Of a stretch of 64,000 nucleotides of DNA, positions 28,745-40,194 are shown piece after piece; within the stretch, counting starts at the first letter, position 1, and every line of letters begins with the position of its first letter. The notes beneath the pieces are model-generated. The model made no database searches. It saw nothing but the letters and a program-made list of their open reading frames with translations, and was not told the DNA's origin. The DNA is from Pseudomonadota bacterium (lineage in GTDB: Bacteria > Pseudomonadota > Gammaproteobacteria > Burkholderiales > Burkholderiaceae_C). Where the stretch lies: contig JAZKHK010000030.1 of NCBI GenBank assembly GCA_040385425.1, forward strand, positions 947 through 64,946, read 5' to 3'. A program made the translations under genes and the position numbers.

Positions 28745-30010
28745 CTAACCGGGGCGGCCATCCAGACGGGGACGACCGAACCAGCGGCCATACCGCACCG
28801 CCCATCCCACGGTAGCGGCGCTCCATGCGGCGATGGCCAGTAGCGTGAATAGAGCGCTTTGCGCGGGCCAGAGGGCGGCGATGACACGCAGCAGCACGGC
28901 GGTTTGCAGCACCCAGTACAAGGCCCAGGCGATGTTGTCCGCCGCGACGGTGCGGCCGCCATGGCCGCTGCTCAAGCGCGTGGTCATGGCAAACATGGTC
29001 GCACCCAGGTAGCCCATCGTCATGGCGTGAAGCGGTGCCAGTCCCAGTGAGCGTTCACCTTGGGTAAAGGCCATCAGCGCATGTGAAACCGCATGGAGTG
29101 CGAATGAAATGCCCAGCAAGGAAAAACCGCCATGCAGCATGGCGATCAGCCGCATTTTCAGGCTTTGCAACCTGGCCCAGCGCACGGCCAGCCAGAGCAG
29201 CAACAGGGAGGATGGCAACTCAAACGCCACTTGAGCCCAGCGCACCGCGCTCGATAAAGGCCAACTCAACAACTCCGCTGCACTCAAGGCAGCTTGCAGC
29301 CACAACATGCTCAGGATCACCCACAGCAACCACATCGGCCGCCAGGCGTCGAGAAACGCAACGGTGCTGGCGCTGAAGATCGGGACCATGCGGTGTGAAA
29401 CCACGGCAAACATCGTCGCCACAAATCCCCAAAGCCCCACCTGCGTTGCGGCGCGCAGCATCAACTCTGAATTCAGCGTCAGCGACACGCTGGCTGTCCA
29501 CAAGGTAATGATCCCTACGCCGCAAGCAACGGCGGCCAAGCCGGCGTGTACTCGGTCCGCCGCGCTGCTTTGCCGAAATAATTTGAAAAATTTCAGGCTC
29601 AAACCGGTCCAGCCGGCGGCGACCAGCGACACTCCCGCGCTGGTCAGCATGACGCTGTTATGAAAGCCGGCCAAGACGCCCAGCCAACCTACAAGCATGA
29701 GGCTCAGACTGGGCAGCAAGCTGCGGGCGCTTACCTCCGGTAAACCTAGCCACTTGGGGCCGGCAGTGAAAAGAAAACCGGCAAAAAAGAAAGGCATGAA
29801 CCCCAGGGTCATCAGCAAGCCATGCGCTGCTGAAATTGGCACGGCCCAAATGGGCGTCATATTGAGTGCCCGCATAACCAGGATGCCGGCCCACCAGACC
29901 GAACTGATGGCTAGCATGAGCGCCGCCATAAAAAAGGCGAGCCGGTGAGGTGCAGCCAGCAGCCATATAGGCCGCCAGCGCCCGTCGTTAATGCGAACCG
30001 TAGTTGGCAA
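28745..30010 (-). CDS. nnrS: NnrS-family NO-response membrane protein
   Basis: APHRLAFF, HG..M..GF...FF.GFLFTAGPKWL, HRM.P.F, LHAMTMG, TR.S.GHGGR, PRLDGRPG. Confidence 0.9.
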   Translation of the reverse strand: MPTTVRINDGRWRPIWLLAAPHRLAFFMAALMLAISSVWWAGILVMRALNMTPIWAVPISAAHGLLMTLGFMPFFFAGFLFTAGPKWLGLPEVSARSLLPSLSLMLVGWLGVLAGFHNSVMLTSAGVSLVAAGWTGLSLKFFKLFRQSSAADRVHAGLAAVACGVGIITLWTASVSLTLNSELMLRAATQVGLWGFVATMFAVVSHRMVPIFSASTVAFLDAWRPMWLLWVILSMLWLQAALSAAELLSWPLSSAVRWAQVAFELPSSLLLLWLAVRWARLQSLKMRLIAMLHGGFSLLGISFALHAVSHALMAFTQGERSLGLAPLHAMTMGYLGATMFAMTTRLSSGHGGRTVAADNIAWALYWVLQTAVLLRVIAALWPAQSALFTLLAIAAWSAATVGWAVRYGRWFGRPRLDGRPG

Positions 30011-30692
30011 GCCGTTTCACATCAAGAATTCGGATTTCGCGCTTGTCGATCTCGATCAGGCCTTCCGCTTCCAGTTCATGCAGCACGCGGGAAAAGTACT
30101 CGGGTGTCAGCGACAGCCGGGAGGCAATGGTGGCCTTGCTGACAGGCAAAGATACCGTGACGATGCCAGTTTGAGAAAAATTGCCATCTTCAACTTCCCG
30201 CAGCAGGTAGCCGATCAGCCGTTGCATGCCGCTGTGCAAGGCATAGCCCTCCACGTCCCGCACCAGCCCGTGCAAGCGACGGGAAATACCGGCCAGCATG
30301 TGCATCGAGAAACGCGGGTCACGTTCAATTTCGCCCATGACGGCTTGCTTGGTGACGCACAGCAGCAAGGTGTCGGCCAGTGCTTGTGCGTTCAGAATGC
30401 AAGGCATGCTGAGAAACATCATGGCCTCGGCAAAGCTGTGTCCGGGGCTCACCAGTTCGATAACTTTCTCGTGGCCGGACGGCGATGAAACGTAGAGTTT
30501 GACCTGCCCGAGAATCACGACGTGAAAGGCATCGCAATCCTCGCCCACCCGAAAGACCATATCCCCACGGGAGAGGCGCCGCAGCTGACAACTCTGCGCC
30601 AGGCGTTCACGTTCTTGTTGCGATAAGTCACTGAACAGTGGGAGTACCGACAGGTAACGCGGCATATCGAATTGTTCGACGTCCATTTTCAT
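29988..30692 (-). CDS. dnr: Crp/Fnr regulator, DNR-type (copy 1)
   Basis: cNMP-like domain (G.EKVIE, SFAEAMMF); HTH SK..IASRLSLTPEYFSRVLHEL; no N-terminal FNR Cys cluster. Confidence 0.85.
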   Translation of the reverse strand: MKMDVEQFDMPRYLSVLPLFSDLSQQERERLAQSCQLRRLSRGDMVFRVGEDCDAFHVVILGQVKLYVSSPSGHEKVIELVSPGHSFAEAMMFLSMPCILNAQALADTLLLCVTKQAVMGEIERDPRFSMHMLAGISRRLHGLVRDVEGYALHSGMQRLIGYLLREVEDGNFSQTGIVTVSLPVSKATIASRLSLTPEYFSRVLHELEAEGLIEIDKREIRILDVKRLANYGSH

Positions 30693-30789
30693 ACTTCAAC
30701 CTGCTGTGATTTTTGATGATTATTTGATTGTAGTTTGCGCACCAAAGTGGAGTCCGGATTGACTCGACTTGGCAGCTCCAACGTTGCTT

Positions 30790-32616
30790 TTATTGCCGTG
30801 CCAGGGTCGCCCACGCCTGCGTCAATCGGTTCACCAGATCCTCGGGACGATGAACCAGGGCGTAACCGCGTTGACCAAAAAGCAACGGCAGATAGTCGTG
30901 CCCCGATTCGTCAATGGTGACGCAAAAGGGTGACAGGCCTGCAGCGTGCGCTTCATGAATCGCATGGCGGGTGTCCTCAATGCCGTAGCGGCCTTCGTAA
31001 ATATCCAGATCGTTGGGCTTGCCGTCCGTCAGCAGCATCAGCAAACGGCGCCGCTCCGGTCGCACCGACAACTGAAGTGTGGCGTGACGTATGGCCGCGC
31101 CCATGCGGGTGTAATAGCCGGGCTTGACCGCACCCACGCGCGCACGGGTGGTCGCATTCCAGGTTTCATCAAAACTTTTGAGATGTTGCAGCCTGACGTG
31201 GTGGCGTCTAACCGAGCTGAAACCCCACATGGAAAAAGGGTCGCCCACAGCGTTCAAGGCCTCGCCAAACACGAACAAGGCATCGCGGATGACCTCAATG
31301 ACTTTGGCTTGAGAGGTGGCATAGGCGTCGGTGGACAGCGATAAGTCGGCCAGCAGCAAGGTGGCAAGACTGCGTTCACGGCGGGTGTGGCGCGTGTAAA
31401 CGGGTGGGGTATCGCTGCGCAGGTGGTCGTACCCTATCTGGTCGGCGCTATAGCGTACCCAGGCATCCAGATCAATGCTGTCTCCACTGTCTTGTCCATG
31501 TAGCGGCCGGGGTACATCGCGCAGGGTTTCCAGGCGACGACTGACTCGCCGCGCGGTTAACCGCAGGGCCGGGGAGGGCGCAAAAGAAGAACCTTCGCGG
31601 ATTTGCATGACTTGCACCGCACAATGGTCTGCTTGCAGGATGCCGCGCCGGTAGTCCCATTCGGGCAGGCGCAGTCCAGGTCCCAAAGGCAAGTCGTCAG
31701 CACTGGCACTGGGCAAATCAAGGTCAAACTTGACGCGCGATGCCAGTGTCTGACCATCGGGTGCCAGAGAGAGCTTGTCCATATCATTGGCGGCCGTGAC
31801 CGCATTGCCATCGTCTTCGTCATCCGTGCTCCGGTTGACGTTGACCATTTCGCTCCAGGACATCAGTGCTTCGCCCCGGAAAGGCAGGACCATGGCGTTT
31901 CGTTCCTGTCCTTCCTGGGTGCGTTGTGTGCGGCGGCGCTGATTGTCTTCAGCTGAGTTGGATCGTGCCATTTCTTCCGACTCCTCCGAGTTGCGCGTAG
32001 TGCTGCACGCCAAGGCGTCGCCAGCACCGACCCACAGCCATACCGGGGCAACGTCTGAGGATTTGATTTCGCAAATACTGGGAGCATCACCCCGCAGGGC
32101 GGCTTGAAGGGTGGTTTCAGCCTGGGCACTGATGCCGCGCAGAAGGGACGGGGGCGTGCGCTGTAAAAGATGGGCACTCAGCAATTTTTGGTACCGGGGC
32201 GCAAAGCCTGGGAAATAATGCAGGCCCTGCAGACTGGCCTGGTAGTTGTCATGGACCCAGTTGCCCGTGTGTTCAAAAAAAGCGGATTGAATGGCCAACC
32301 AGAGGTACAAGTCCCGGTTCAGGTGTTTCTCATCAAATACGGAGAGCGAGGCGGGTAAGGCGAGCACATCCGGCTCAAGTCGCGCTGTGTCGGCCCGGAC
32401 ACCACTGCCCGCCACTTTTTGCAACCAGCTCCGTGGGCCACCGCTGCGCTGCTCGGATGCAGGTGCCAGGCGCAAGGCAGCGGAGCCACCTGCGGCCCTG
32501 AATAAAACGCCAATCGATTTCTGGACATCCTTGAGATGAATAATGGACTCAGGATGGCCGCGTTGCGCCAGGCGCGTTACGGCGTTATGCCACCAGCGGC
32601 CTACCATTTCTTCCAT
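30790..32616 (-). CDS. norD: NO reductase activation protein (VWA domain)
   Basis: MEEMVGRWWH; PEWDYR; MIDAS DLSLST; PGYYTRMGAAIRHA; LTDGKPND.D.YEGRYG.EDTR. Confidence 0.94.
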   Translation of the reverse strand: MEEMVGRWWHNAVTRLAQRGHPESIIHLKDVQKSIGVLFRAAGGSAALRLAPASEQRSGGPRSWLQKVAGSGVRADTARLEPDVLALPASLSVFDEKHLNRDLYLWLAIQSAFFEHTGNWVHDNYQASLQGLHYFPGFAPRYQKLLSAHLLQRTPPSLLRGISAQAETTLQAALRGDAPSICEIKSSDVAPVWLWVGAGDALACSTTRNSEESEEMARSNSAEDNQRRRTQRTQEGQERNAMVLPFRGEALMSWSEMVNVNRSTDDEDDGNAVTAANDMDKLSLAPDGQTLASRVKFDLDLPSASADDLPLGPGLRLPEWDYRRGILQADHCAVQVMQIREGSSFAPSPALRLTARRVSRRLETLRDVPRPLHGQDSGDSIDLDAWVRYSADQIGYDHLRSDTPPVYTRHTRRERSLATLLLADLSLSTDAYATSQAKVIEVIRDALFVFGEALNAVGDPFSMWGFSSVRRHHVRLQHLKSFDETWNATTRARVGAVKPGYYTRMGAAIRHATLQLSVRPERRRLLMLLTDGKPNDLDIYEGRYGIEDTRHAIHEAHAAGLSPFCVTIDESGHDYLPLLFGQRGYALVHRPEDLVNRLTQAWATLARQ

Positions 32617-33614
32617 CAGGAATGCTCCGAATGATCTTTGCGACGATGACGCAGGGTTTCGCGTAAGGCCTCAACACCGACGTGCCATACCAGGGTCGGT
32701 TCGCGCCCTTGCGCTTGCTGCGACGTATCGCAAGCAGTCAAGCATTGGCCGCACTGTACGCAGGAGAACATCTTGCGTTTGATGTTGCGGGGGTTCAGCC
32801 GCATCGGGCAAGCGTTGTCGCAGGCGGACCCGCGAGGTTCGTCACAGGTTTTGCAGTCTTTTGCGCGTTCCCGTGCAAATGTCACCACCATGCTGCGTGG
32901 ATTTGCCATCCAGGCCAAGCTTTGAAACAAGCCAACGGCACAGCCAAATCGGCAGAATAAATGCCTTGCAAAGGCAAATTCGGCGGTGAATATCAGACTG
33001 CCAATCCCAATGAAACGGGCCTGGTTGGGTGTCAATGTGCCCTGCACTAGTCCTCCCCAAATGACCGCAGGAGGAAGCAGGTACGTTAGCAATGTGATGG
33101 CCCACAAGAATCCCATGATGGCACAGCTCAGGCCAAAGATGGGCCACCAGCGGGCGTTGGGTTGGATGTTGGCGCGCGGGGTGACGCTGCGGTCCCAAAT
33201 GCTGAGCTTGCCGCAGGCACGATGCAAGAAATTATTCAGGGTCTCAACCGCTGAAAAATGGGGGCAGAGCCAGCCACAGTAAACACGGCCATAGCGATAG
33301 GCGATGCCTAGAAAGACCGCGATGAACACGAGGGCGGGCAAAAATGCACGCAAGACAATGTTAATGGCGACCTGCGTGGCATTGATTTCACCACGGGTAA
33401 AAGCATCGATTCCCAGCGTCCAGCGCATGCCCAGAAACCACAATTGGGCTTCGTAGAGATCGAATCGAAGTAAGTTGAGTGCGGGCGCAAGAAGGAACAG
33501 GATGAAAAAACCAACCTGAGTTGCGTTTCGCCATTGCTGAAGCCGCCCAAGCTTGGATTTAACCTGGGTCGACGTAGCCAGAGTTGTTTTTAAAGACGAA
33601 AGATCAGGGGGCAT
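32616..33614 (-). CDS. Membrane 4Fe-4S protein (NapH/CcoG-like) inside the nor operon
   Basis: Several TM helices; GR.YCGWLCP, FCRFGC, C..C....C...CPM, CVQCGQCLTAC; overlaps norQ and norD; start could be 33641. Confidence 0.85.
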   Translation of the reverse strand: MPPDLSSLKTTLATSTQVKSKLGRLQQWRNATQVGFFILFLLAPALNLLRFDLYEAQLWFLGMRWTLGIDAFTRGEINATQVAINIVLRAFLPALVFIAVFLGIAYRYGRVYCGWLCPHFSAVETLNNFLHRACGKLSIWDRSVTPRANIQPNARWWPIFGLSCAIMGFLWAITLLTYLLPPAVIWGGLVQGTLTPNQARFIGIGSLIFTAEFAFARHLFCRFGCAVGLFQSLAWMANPRSMVVTFARERAKDCKTCDEPRGSACDNACPMRLNPRNIKRKMFSCVQCGQCLTACDTSQQAQGREPTLVWHVGVEALRETLRHRRKDHSEHS

Positions 33615-34392
33615 CGCCAACCAAGGCACGTACGACTTCACCCAAGGCTTCGGCCGTTGCCGGGTCGTCCGTCAGAGCATCAATAATTGCGGCTTGACAA
33701 GCCACTCGCAGGGATAAACCAGAGGCCACCAGACGGCCGGCAGAAACGAGTAGCCGGGTGCTGACAGTTTCTTCAAGGTCGAATTCGGTCAGACACCGGA
33801 AGGATTTTGCGAGTTGAACCAGCTGCATCGCACATTGCAATGAAATACCGGTTTCAGCCTGAACAATTGCAAGCTCCACTTCTGCAACCGGGTAAGTCAT
33901 GCTTAAGGCGACAAATCGCTGACGGGTACTGGGCTTGAGGCCCTTGAGCAAATTCTGGTAGCCAGGATTGTAGGAAATCACCAGCATGAAATCAGGGGAG
34001 GCGACTAGCTGTTCGCCCGTGCGTTCGATCGGCAGTATGCGGCGATCATCGGCCAGCGGATGCAATACAACAGTCGTATCTTTTCGGGCCTCAACGACTT
34101 CGTCGAGGTAGCAAATTGCGCCACTGCGCACGGCGCGGGCCAATGGTCCATCAGACCACACGGTGTTTCCGTTGCCAATCAAAAAGCGGCCGACGAGGTC
34201 GGCGGCACTCAGGTCGTCATGACACGACACAGTAATGAGGGGCCGCCCAAGACGGGCGGCCATGTGTTCGACAAAGCGGGTTTTCCCGCAGCCAGTAGGA
34301 CCTTTGATGAGCAGTGGCAACTGCTTTCTCCAGGCATGCTCAAAGAGGTCGCATTCGCCCCCTTGCTCTGCGTAGAACGGAATCGTTGCCAT
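33604..34392 (-). CDS. norQ: CbbQ/NirQ/NorQ AAA+ ATPase
   Basis: KGPTGCGKTRFV, CHDDL, CYLDEVVEARKDT, SYNPGYQ..LK.LKPSTRQRF. Confidence 0.95.
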   Translation of the reverse strand: MATIPFYAEQGGECDLFEHAWRKQLPLLIKGPTGCGKTRFVEHMAARLGRPLITVSCHDDLSAADLVGRFLIGNGNTVWSDGPLARAVRSGAICYLDEVVEARKDTTVVLHPLADDRRILPIERTGEQLVASPDFMLVISYNPGYQNLLKGLKPSTRQRFVALSMTYPVAEVELAIVQAETGISLQCAMQLVQLAKSFRCLTEFDLEETVSTRLLVSAGRLVASGLSLRVACQAAIIDALTDDPATAEALGEVVRALVGDAP

Positions 34393-34414
34393 CTGCTTTA
34401 TCCTTTTAAACTGT

Positions 34415-35866
<1,452 letters not shown>

Positions 35867-35884
35867 TTAGACGTGCTTCAACGT

Positions 35885-36322
35885 TTAACCTTCAATATTT
35901 GGTGGCCAGTTTTGGGTATTTACATTGCCGGTCCAGCGCAAGAATTCGACCATGTCATCCAACTGCTTTTCCGTGAAGTTGAATTGCGGCATTTGACGAC
36001 GGCCTTCGATGTGCGTGGGCTGCGAAGCAATCCATGCCTTGATGAAGTCGCCGCCACGACGTTTGTAAACGTTGCCCAGCTCAGGCGCGAAATACGCACC
36101 TTCGCCCAACAGGGTGTGGCAGCCGATGCAATTGCGCGTTTCCCATAGTTTCTTGCCGGCGATCACAGATGGTGTGATTGCCTCGGCATTGGAGCGATGG
36201 GGAATTTTTCGTTCACTGTCAAATACAAGTGCGACAAACACGAATATAAAAAATACGGACCCTCCATAAAACATGTTGCGGGCCATTTGCTTGGTAAAGC
36301 CGCTGGATTTGACCTGATTCAT
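35885..36322 (-). CDS. norC: Nitric oxide reductase cytochrome c subunit
   Basis: AGGAG RBS before ATG 36322; ARNMFYGGS.FF TM helix; CIGCHTLLGEGAYFAPEL; RRQMPQF; WPPNIEG. Confidence 0.96.
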   Translation of the reverse strand: MNQVKSSGFTKQMARNMFYGGSVFFIFVFVALVFDSERKIPHRSNAEAITPSVIAGKKLWETRNCIGCHTLLGEGAYFAPELGNVYKRRGGDFIKAWIASQPTHIEGRRQMPQFNFTEKQLDDMVEFLRWTGNVNTQNWPPNIEG

Positions 36323-36355
36323 TTCATTGAACTCCTGATAAATGTGTCGGGGGAG

Positions 36356-36398
36356 AGAGTACTGTCTGCTAGCAAGCCAGTCCTTAACCCGGTTTAAG
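36356..36398 (-). promoter_or_regulatory. norC promoter: DNR-type box plus -10 element
   Basis: CTTAACCCGGTTTAAG at 36383-36398; TACTCT (minus strand) at 36356-36361, the same spacing as the nosZ promoter. Confidence 0.7.
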
Positions 36399-36486
36399 AA
36401 TTGTTTCAAAGCTGCGCAATTTGGAAATTTAAATTGCAGGCTGGAAACGGGAATGTTTGGCGGTTTGTTCTACCTGTTGCGTGCGA

Positions 36487-37188
36487 TCAATGCGAGCCGT
36501 AGCTGGCAAGTCGTTGTACGTCAAGAATATGGATGTCGCGCTTGTCGATTTCGATCAGGCTTTCTTCTTCGAGCTCGTGCAGAACCCGCGAAAAATACTC
36601 GGGGGTGAGTGATAGGCGAGATGCAATCGTTGCTTTGCTGACCGGTAAGGACACTGTGAGAACACCCTTGTTGTTGGTGTTGTTGTCATCCTCAACATCC
36701 CGCAGCAAATAGCCGATCAGTCTCTGCATCCCACTGTGCAAGGCATAACTCTCCACATCTCGCAGCAGCCGGTGCATTCGAGATGAAATACCGGAGAGCA
36801 TGTGCATTGAGAAGCGGGAGTCACGCTCGATTTCCTCAAAAACAGCTTGCTTGCTGATACTCATGAGCAATGTTTCAGTCAGGGTTTGAGCATTCAGCAT
36901 GTGAGGCTTGGGCAAAAACATCATGGCTTCTGCAAAGCTTTGACCGGGGCCGATCAATTCAATGACCTTTTCCTGGCCGGTCGAGGATGATACGTACAGT
37001 TTGACGTGCCCCGAAATAATGACATTGAACTCTTCGCAGGCCTCGCCGGCCCGAAAAATCATGTCGCCCCGGTTAAGTCTTCGTAATTGGCAATTTTCGG
37101 CCAAATCTTCACGTTCCGGCTTGGACAGATTGCTGAACATGGGCAGCATCGACAAGTAACGCTGCATGTCGAATTGTGCGACTTCCAT
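36487..37188 (-). CDS. dnr: Crp/Fnr regulator, DNR-type (copy 2)
   Basis: Close paralog of 29988-30692 with the identical segment SLPVSKATIASRLSLTPEYFSRVLHELE. Confidence 0.85.
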   Translation of the reverse strand: MEVAQFDMQRYLSMLPMFSNLSKPEREDLAENCQLRRLNRGDMIFRAGEACEEFNVIISGHVKLYVSSSTGQEKVIELIGPGQSFAEAMMFLPKPHMLNAQTLTETLLMSISKQAVFEEIERDSRFSMHMLSGISSRMHRLLRDVESYALHSGMQRLIGYLLRDVEDDNNTNNKGVLTVSLPVSKATIASRLSLTPEYFSRVLHELEEESLIEIDKRDIHILDVQRLASYGSH

Positions 37189-37289
37189 TCAAAATCTCCT
37201 ATGTGCATGACATGACTATAGGAGGGGCAGGCTTAAAGCGGTATCCTTCTGAAGGAGCGGCTGGCTATCTAAATGGAACTATCTTCCGG

Positions 37290-37325
37290 GTCATCGGCAT
37301 AGTTCTAAAGAACTATGCCGATGAC
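37290..37325. promoter_or_regulatory. Perfect 17-bp inverted repeat with a NarL-like 7-2-7 core
   Basis: GTCATCGGCATAGTTCT-AA-AGAACTATGCCGATGAC, between narL and dnr copy 2. Confidence 0.6.
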
Positions 37326-37349
37326 GTTGATTTGATTGCTTGCGCCAGA

Positions 37350-38033
37350 TCAAACCAGACCGTATTCGTTTGCTATAACGGCAGCATGGACCCGGGAGCT
37401 GACATTGAGTTTGCGTAAGACGTGCTGGACGTGGATCTTGACGGTGGTTTCGGCAATGCCATGTTCGCGTGCAATTTCCTTGTTGCTGGCACCGCGAACA
37501 ATGCCGCGCAAAATGTCGAGCTCGCGCGGTGACAGGCTGGAGATGGATGTTTCGGGTACGACGGCAGTCGTTGCCAAGGCCGGCGCACTTGAGCCCCGGT
37601 AGGCTGCGACCAGTTTGCTCATCATCTCTGGCGCCACGATGCTGTCACCTTGCATGGCACCGTGGAGGGCCGCCGTCAATGCATCGCCTTCGATCGTTTT
37701 CAATAGATATCCGACGGCCCCGCCTCGCAAGGCGGCCGAGAGATCATTGGCATCTTCGCTGACGGTCAACATCAGGATGCGGGCATGGGGAGCCGCTTCA
37801 TGCAGACCGGGCAAAGCGTCAACGCCGTGGACGCCTGGCAAATGGTTGTCCAGCAAAATCAAATCAGGCTGAAGTTCGTGCGCTTTACGTTGCGCCTGGC
37901 TGGCATCCGCCGCCTCACCGACGACGGCCAATTGTGGATCTCGTGCCAAAAGCGCCATGAGTCCGCGCCGGAACAGGGTGTGGTCGTCCACCACCAGGAT
38001 GCGAATGGGAAGAGGGTGCATGACAGGGTTCAT
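37350..38033 (-). CDS. narL: NarL-family nitrate response regulator
   Basis: VVDDH.LFRRG, DLILLD, LTVSE, GYLLK; LSPRE...SNKEIAR...ETTVKIHVQH.LRKL. Confidence 0.9.
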   Translation of the reverse strand: MNPVMHPLPIRILVVDDHTLFRRGLMALLARDPQLAVVGEAADASQAQRKAHELQPDLILLDNHLPGVHGVDALPGLHEAAPHARILMLTVSEDANDLSAALRGGAVGYLLKTIEGDALTAALHGAMQGDSIVAPEMMSKLVAAYRGSSAPALATTAVVPETSISSLSPRELDILRGIVRGASNKEIAREHGIAETTVKIHVQHVLRKLNVSSRVHAAVIANEYGLV

Positions 38034-39940
38034 GCTGCAAGAGCGTTGGAATCACGCATGGGAGACTGGGGATGGGCAGGTAGTGGCAAAGTGAGAACGA
38101 TGGAACTGCCTTGGCCTGGGGTGGAAGTAACTTCCAGATCAGCGCCAATGCGTTGTGCCCGTTCCGTCATGATGCGAAGACCCACATGGGTTTCGTCGAG
38201 TTGATCGTTATGAGGCATAAAGCCAATACCGTCGTCGCGCACCTCAAAGCGCCAGGCGGGTTGCTGCTGCACAGTGAGCCAGATTTGTGAGGCTCGGGCG
38301 TGTTTGCGGACATTGGACAAGGCCTCTTGCACAATGTGCAGTACCTGTATCTGCAGGTCAGGTGACAGTGGCATGCCTTGTCCCTGCATGTTCAAAGAAG
38401 TCTTGAGGCCACTTTGAAGTTCAAACTTCCGAAGGGTGGTGGCGAGTGCCGGTTCAATGTCTTCATTATTGGTACGGGTCCGAAAGTGCAATAGCAACTC
38501 GCGCACATCGCCATAGCATTCACGCACGCCGATATCAATTTCTTCGAGCACCTGTTTGATTCCAATGGGGTTGCCGGACTGTATGGCGTCGCGCATCAGT
38601 TGTACCTGAATTTTGAGAAACACCAGCGATTGCGCGATAGAGTCGTGCATTTCCCCCGCCAGCAAGTGCCGCTCTTGCGACACGGCGGCTTCTTTTTCCA
38701 GGGCGTTGAGGCGCAGATTTTCCATGGCTCCCGCCAGATGGCTGCTGAGTGCTTCAAGCAAAGAGCGTTCGGCAGGAGCGAGGCTGGTGGGGGTGTTGAA
38801 AAAAAGATCGATTTCACCCATCAACCGTTCGTGCAGGTGCACAGGGATGTTGACTACCGTTTCAAAGCCGGCCTTGGCGCAATGTTGCAGTGATGTTTTT
38901 GCAAGAGACTGGATGGGAATAACGCGCAATCCGGTCGAGGGGGACGCCATGCCGCAATAGCAGGCCCCTTTGTCAAGGCAGAGTTCTGCATCCACCAACG
39001 AGCTTGGCAAGCCTTGGGCTGCCAGCATCAGGTAACGCTGGTTGTCTTGATCCGACCACCGCACGGCAACACCATCTGCGCGGGCAATACGGGTGATATT
39101 TTTGGCAAAACCCTGAGCCAATTCATCCAGCGAGGTGGCTTTTGTAACCAACGCCGTCACTTCATACAGGCTTTCCAGGCGCTCATTTTTTTCTTCGAGT
39201 TGCGCAGTTTTTTCTGCAACTTTGCTTTCCAGATGAAGATACATCGATTGCAGGTTTTCTGCCATCCCGTTGAATCCGTTTGCCAGCGTGCCGAATTCGT
39301 CTCTGCTGACGCGTTCAACTCGGGCATCAAAATCACCGAGCTGAATTTTTTCAATAGCCACTTTAAGCTGGCTGACCGGTTCAAGTACGAAGAGGTGGCC
39401 GGTGTAGAACAACACCACAGCACCCAGTATGGCCATGGCCAGCATGCTCAATTGCAGCAAGTGAAGCAAGGCCGTCCAGTGCGCCATGTGGGTTTCAATG
39501 CTGGTGACCAGTGCATCAATATGCGAGGCAAATGCAACCGTATCTGCGCGCAAACCCTGAACGTCGCTCGATTTGGTATCAATCCATCGGGATTGAAAGC
39601 TCGCCCAGTCTTGCTCGACGGTGGCAAAGCGTGCCGTGACGTTCTCATCCCATGGCACAAAAAGCGGACGCGCCGGGTCGCCGTTGCGCAGTTCGGCCAG
39701 ACTCAGGTGAAATTTATTCACCTGCGCGGTGAGTGCCTCGGTCTCCTTGATGCCGATGGACAGTGCCATTCGGTAAGCCTGCATTCGCATCCGACCTGCT
39801 TCATTCACCGCGGCAGCGCCACCGTCAAGTTGCCACGACACCCATAGCGTGGCAGCGGTTGAGATCAACGCCAGGAGCAGAAAGGGGGCTGCTACCAGCG
39901 CCAGTTTGGCGCTCAGCCCCCAATGGGCGTTGGTCTTCAT
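38030..39940 (-). CDS. narX: Nitrate/nitrite sensor kinase
   Basis: P-box AAAVNEAGRMRMQAYR, HAMP, GAF, EMHDSIAQSL, QEALSNVRKHA, DDG.GF; start could be 39964. Confidence 0.92.
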   Translation of the reverse strand: MKTNAHWGLSAKLALVAAPFLLLALISTAATLWVSWQLDGGAAAVNEAGRMRMQAYRMALSIGIKETEALTAQVNKFHLSLAELRNGDPARPLFVPWDENVTARFATVEQDWASFQSRWIDTKSSDVQGLRADTVAFASHIDALVTSIETHMAHWTALLHLLQLSMLAMAILGAVVLFYTGHLFVLEPVSQLKVAIEKIQLGDFDARVERVSRDEFGTLANGFNGMAENLQSMYLHLESKVAEKTAQLEEKNERLESLYEVTALVTKATSLDELAQGFAKNITRIARADGVAVRWSDQDNQRYLMLAAQGLPSSLVDAELCLDKGACYCGMASPSTGLRVIPIQSLAKTSLQHCAKAGFETVVNIPVHLHERLMGEIDLFFNTPTSLAPAERSLLEALSSHLAGAMENLRLNALEKEAAVSQERHLLAGEMHDSIAQSLVFLKIQVQLMRDAIQSGNPIGIKQVLEEIDIGVRECYGDVRELLLHFRTRTNNEDIEPALATTLRKFELQSGLKTSLNMQGQGMPLSPDLQIQVLHIVQEALSNVRKHARASQIWLTVQQQPAWRFEVRDDGIGFMPHNDQLDETHVGLRIMTERAQRIGADLEVTSTPGQGSSIVLTLPLPAHPQSPMRDSNALAA

Positions 39941-40194
39941 GACCGGACACCGAGCGGGCTGCACAAAAACTCAATCAGAACTATTTCACGATTCACGAGG
40001 ACCTTGGCTGATGAGATTGATGGGTTGGGAAACATGGCATCTTTTGACCAGATGGCCAGGCAAGCGGTCGTAGTCAGGGGCATAAGTCTAAATTGATAAG
40101 GTAGATCAATGTTTTTTATACCCATGTCGCTAAAGTTGATTCTGATTTAAAACCTTTTCCTGCGCACCGCGCAGGCAACCAACAAGGCTGTATT

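Noticed and set aside
29988-30692. Calling the Crp/Fnr paralogs oxygen-sensing FNR
   Set aside because: They lack the N-terminal Cys cluster; DNR-type fits better.
36323-36409. N-terminal extension of NorC in the ORF track
   Set aside because: It would overlap the DNR box and the -10 element; the RBS supports ATG 36322.
40090-40150. FNR/NarL sites upstream of napD (TTGAT-N7-ATCAA, TACCCAT) and isolated heptamers at 6890-6910
   Set aside because: Spacing is non-canonical or only half-sites are present; plausible but too weak to call.
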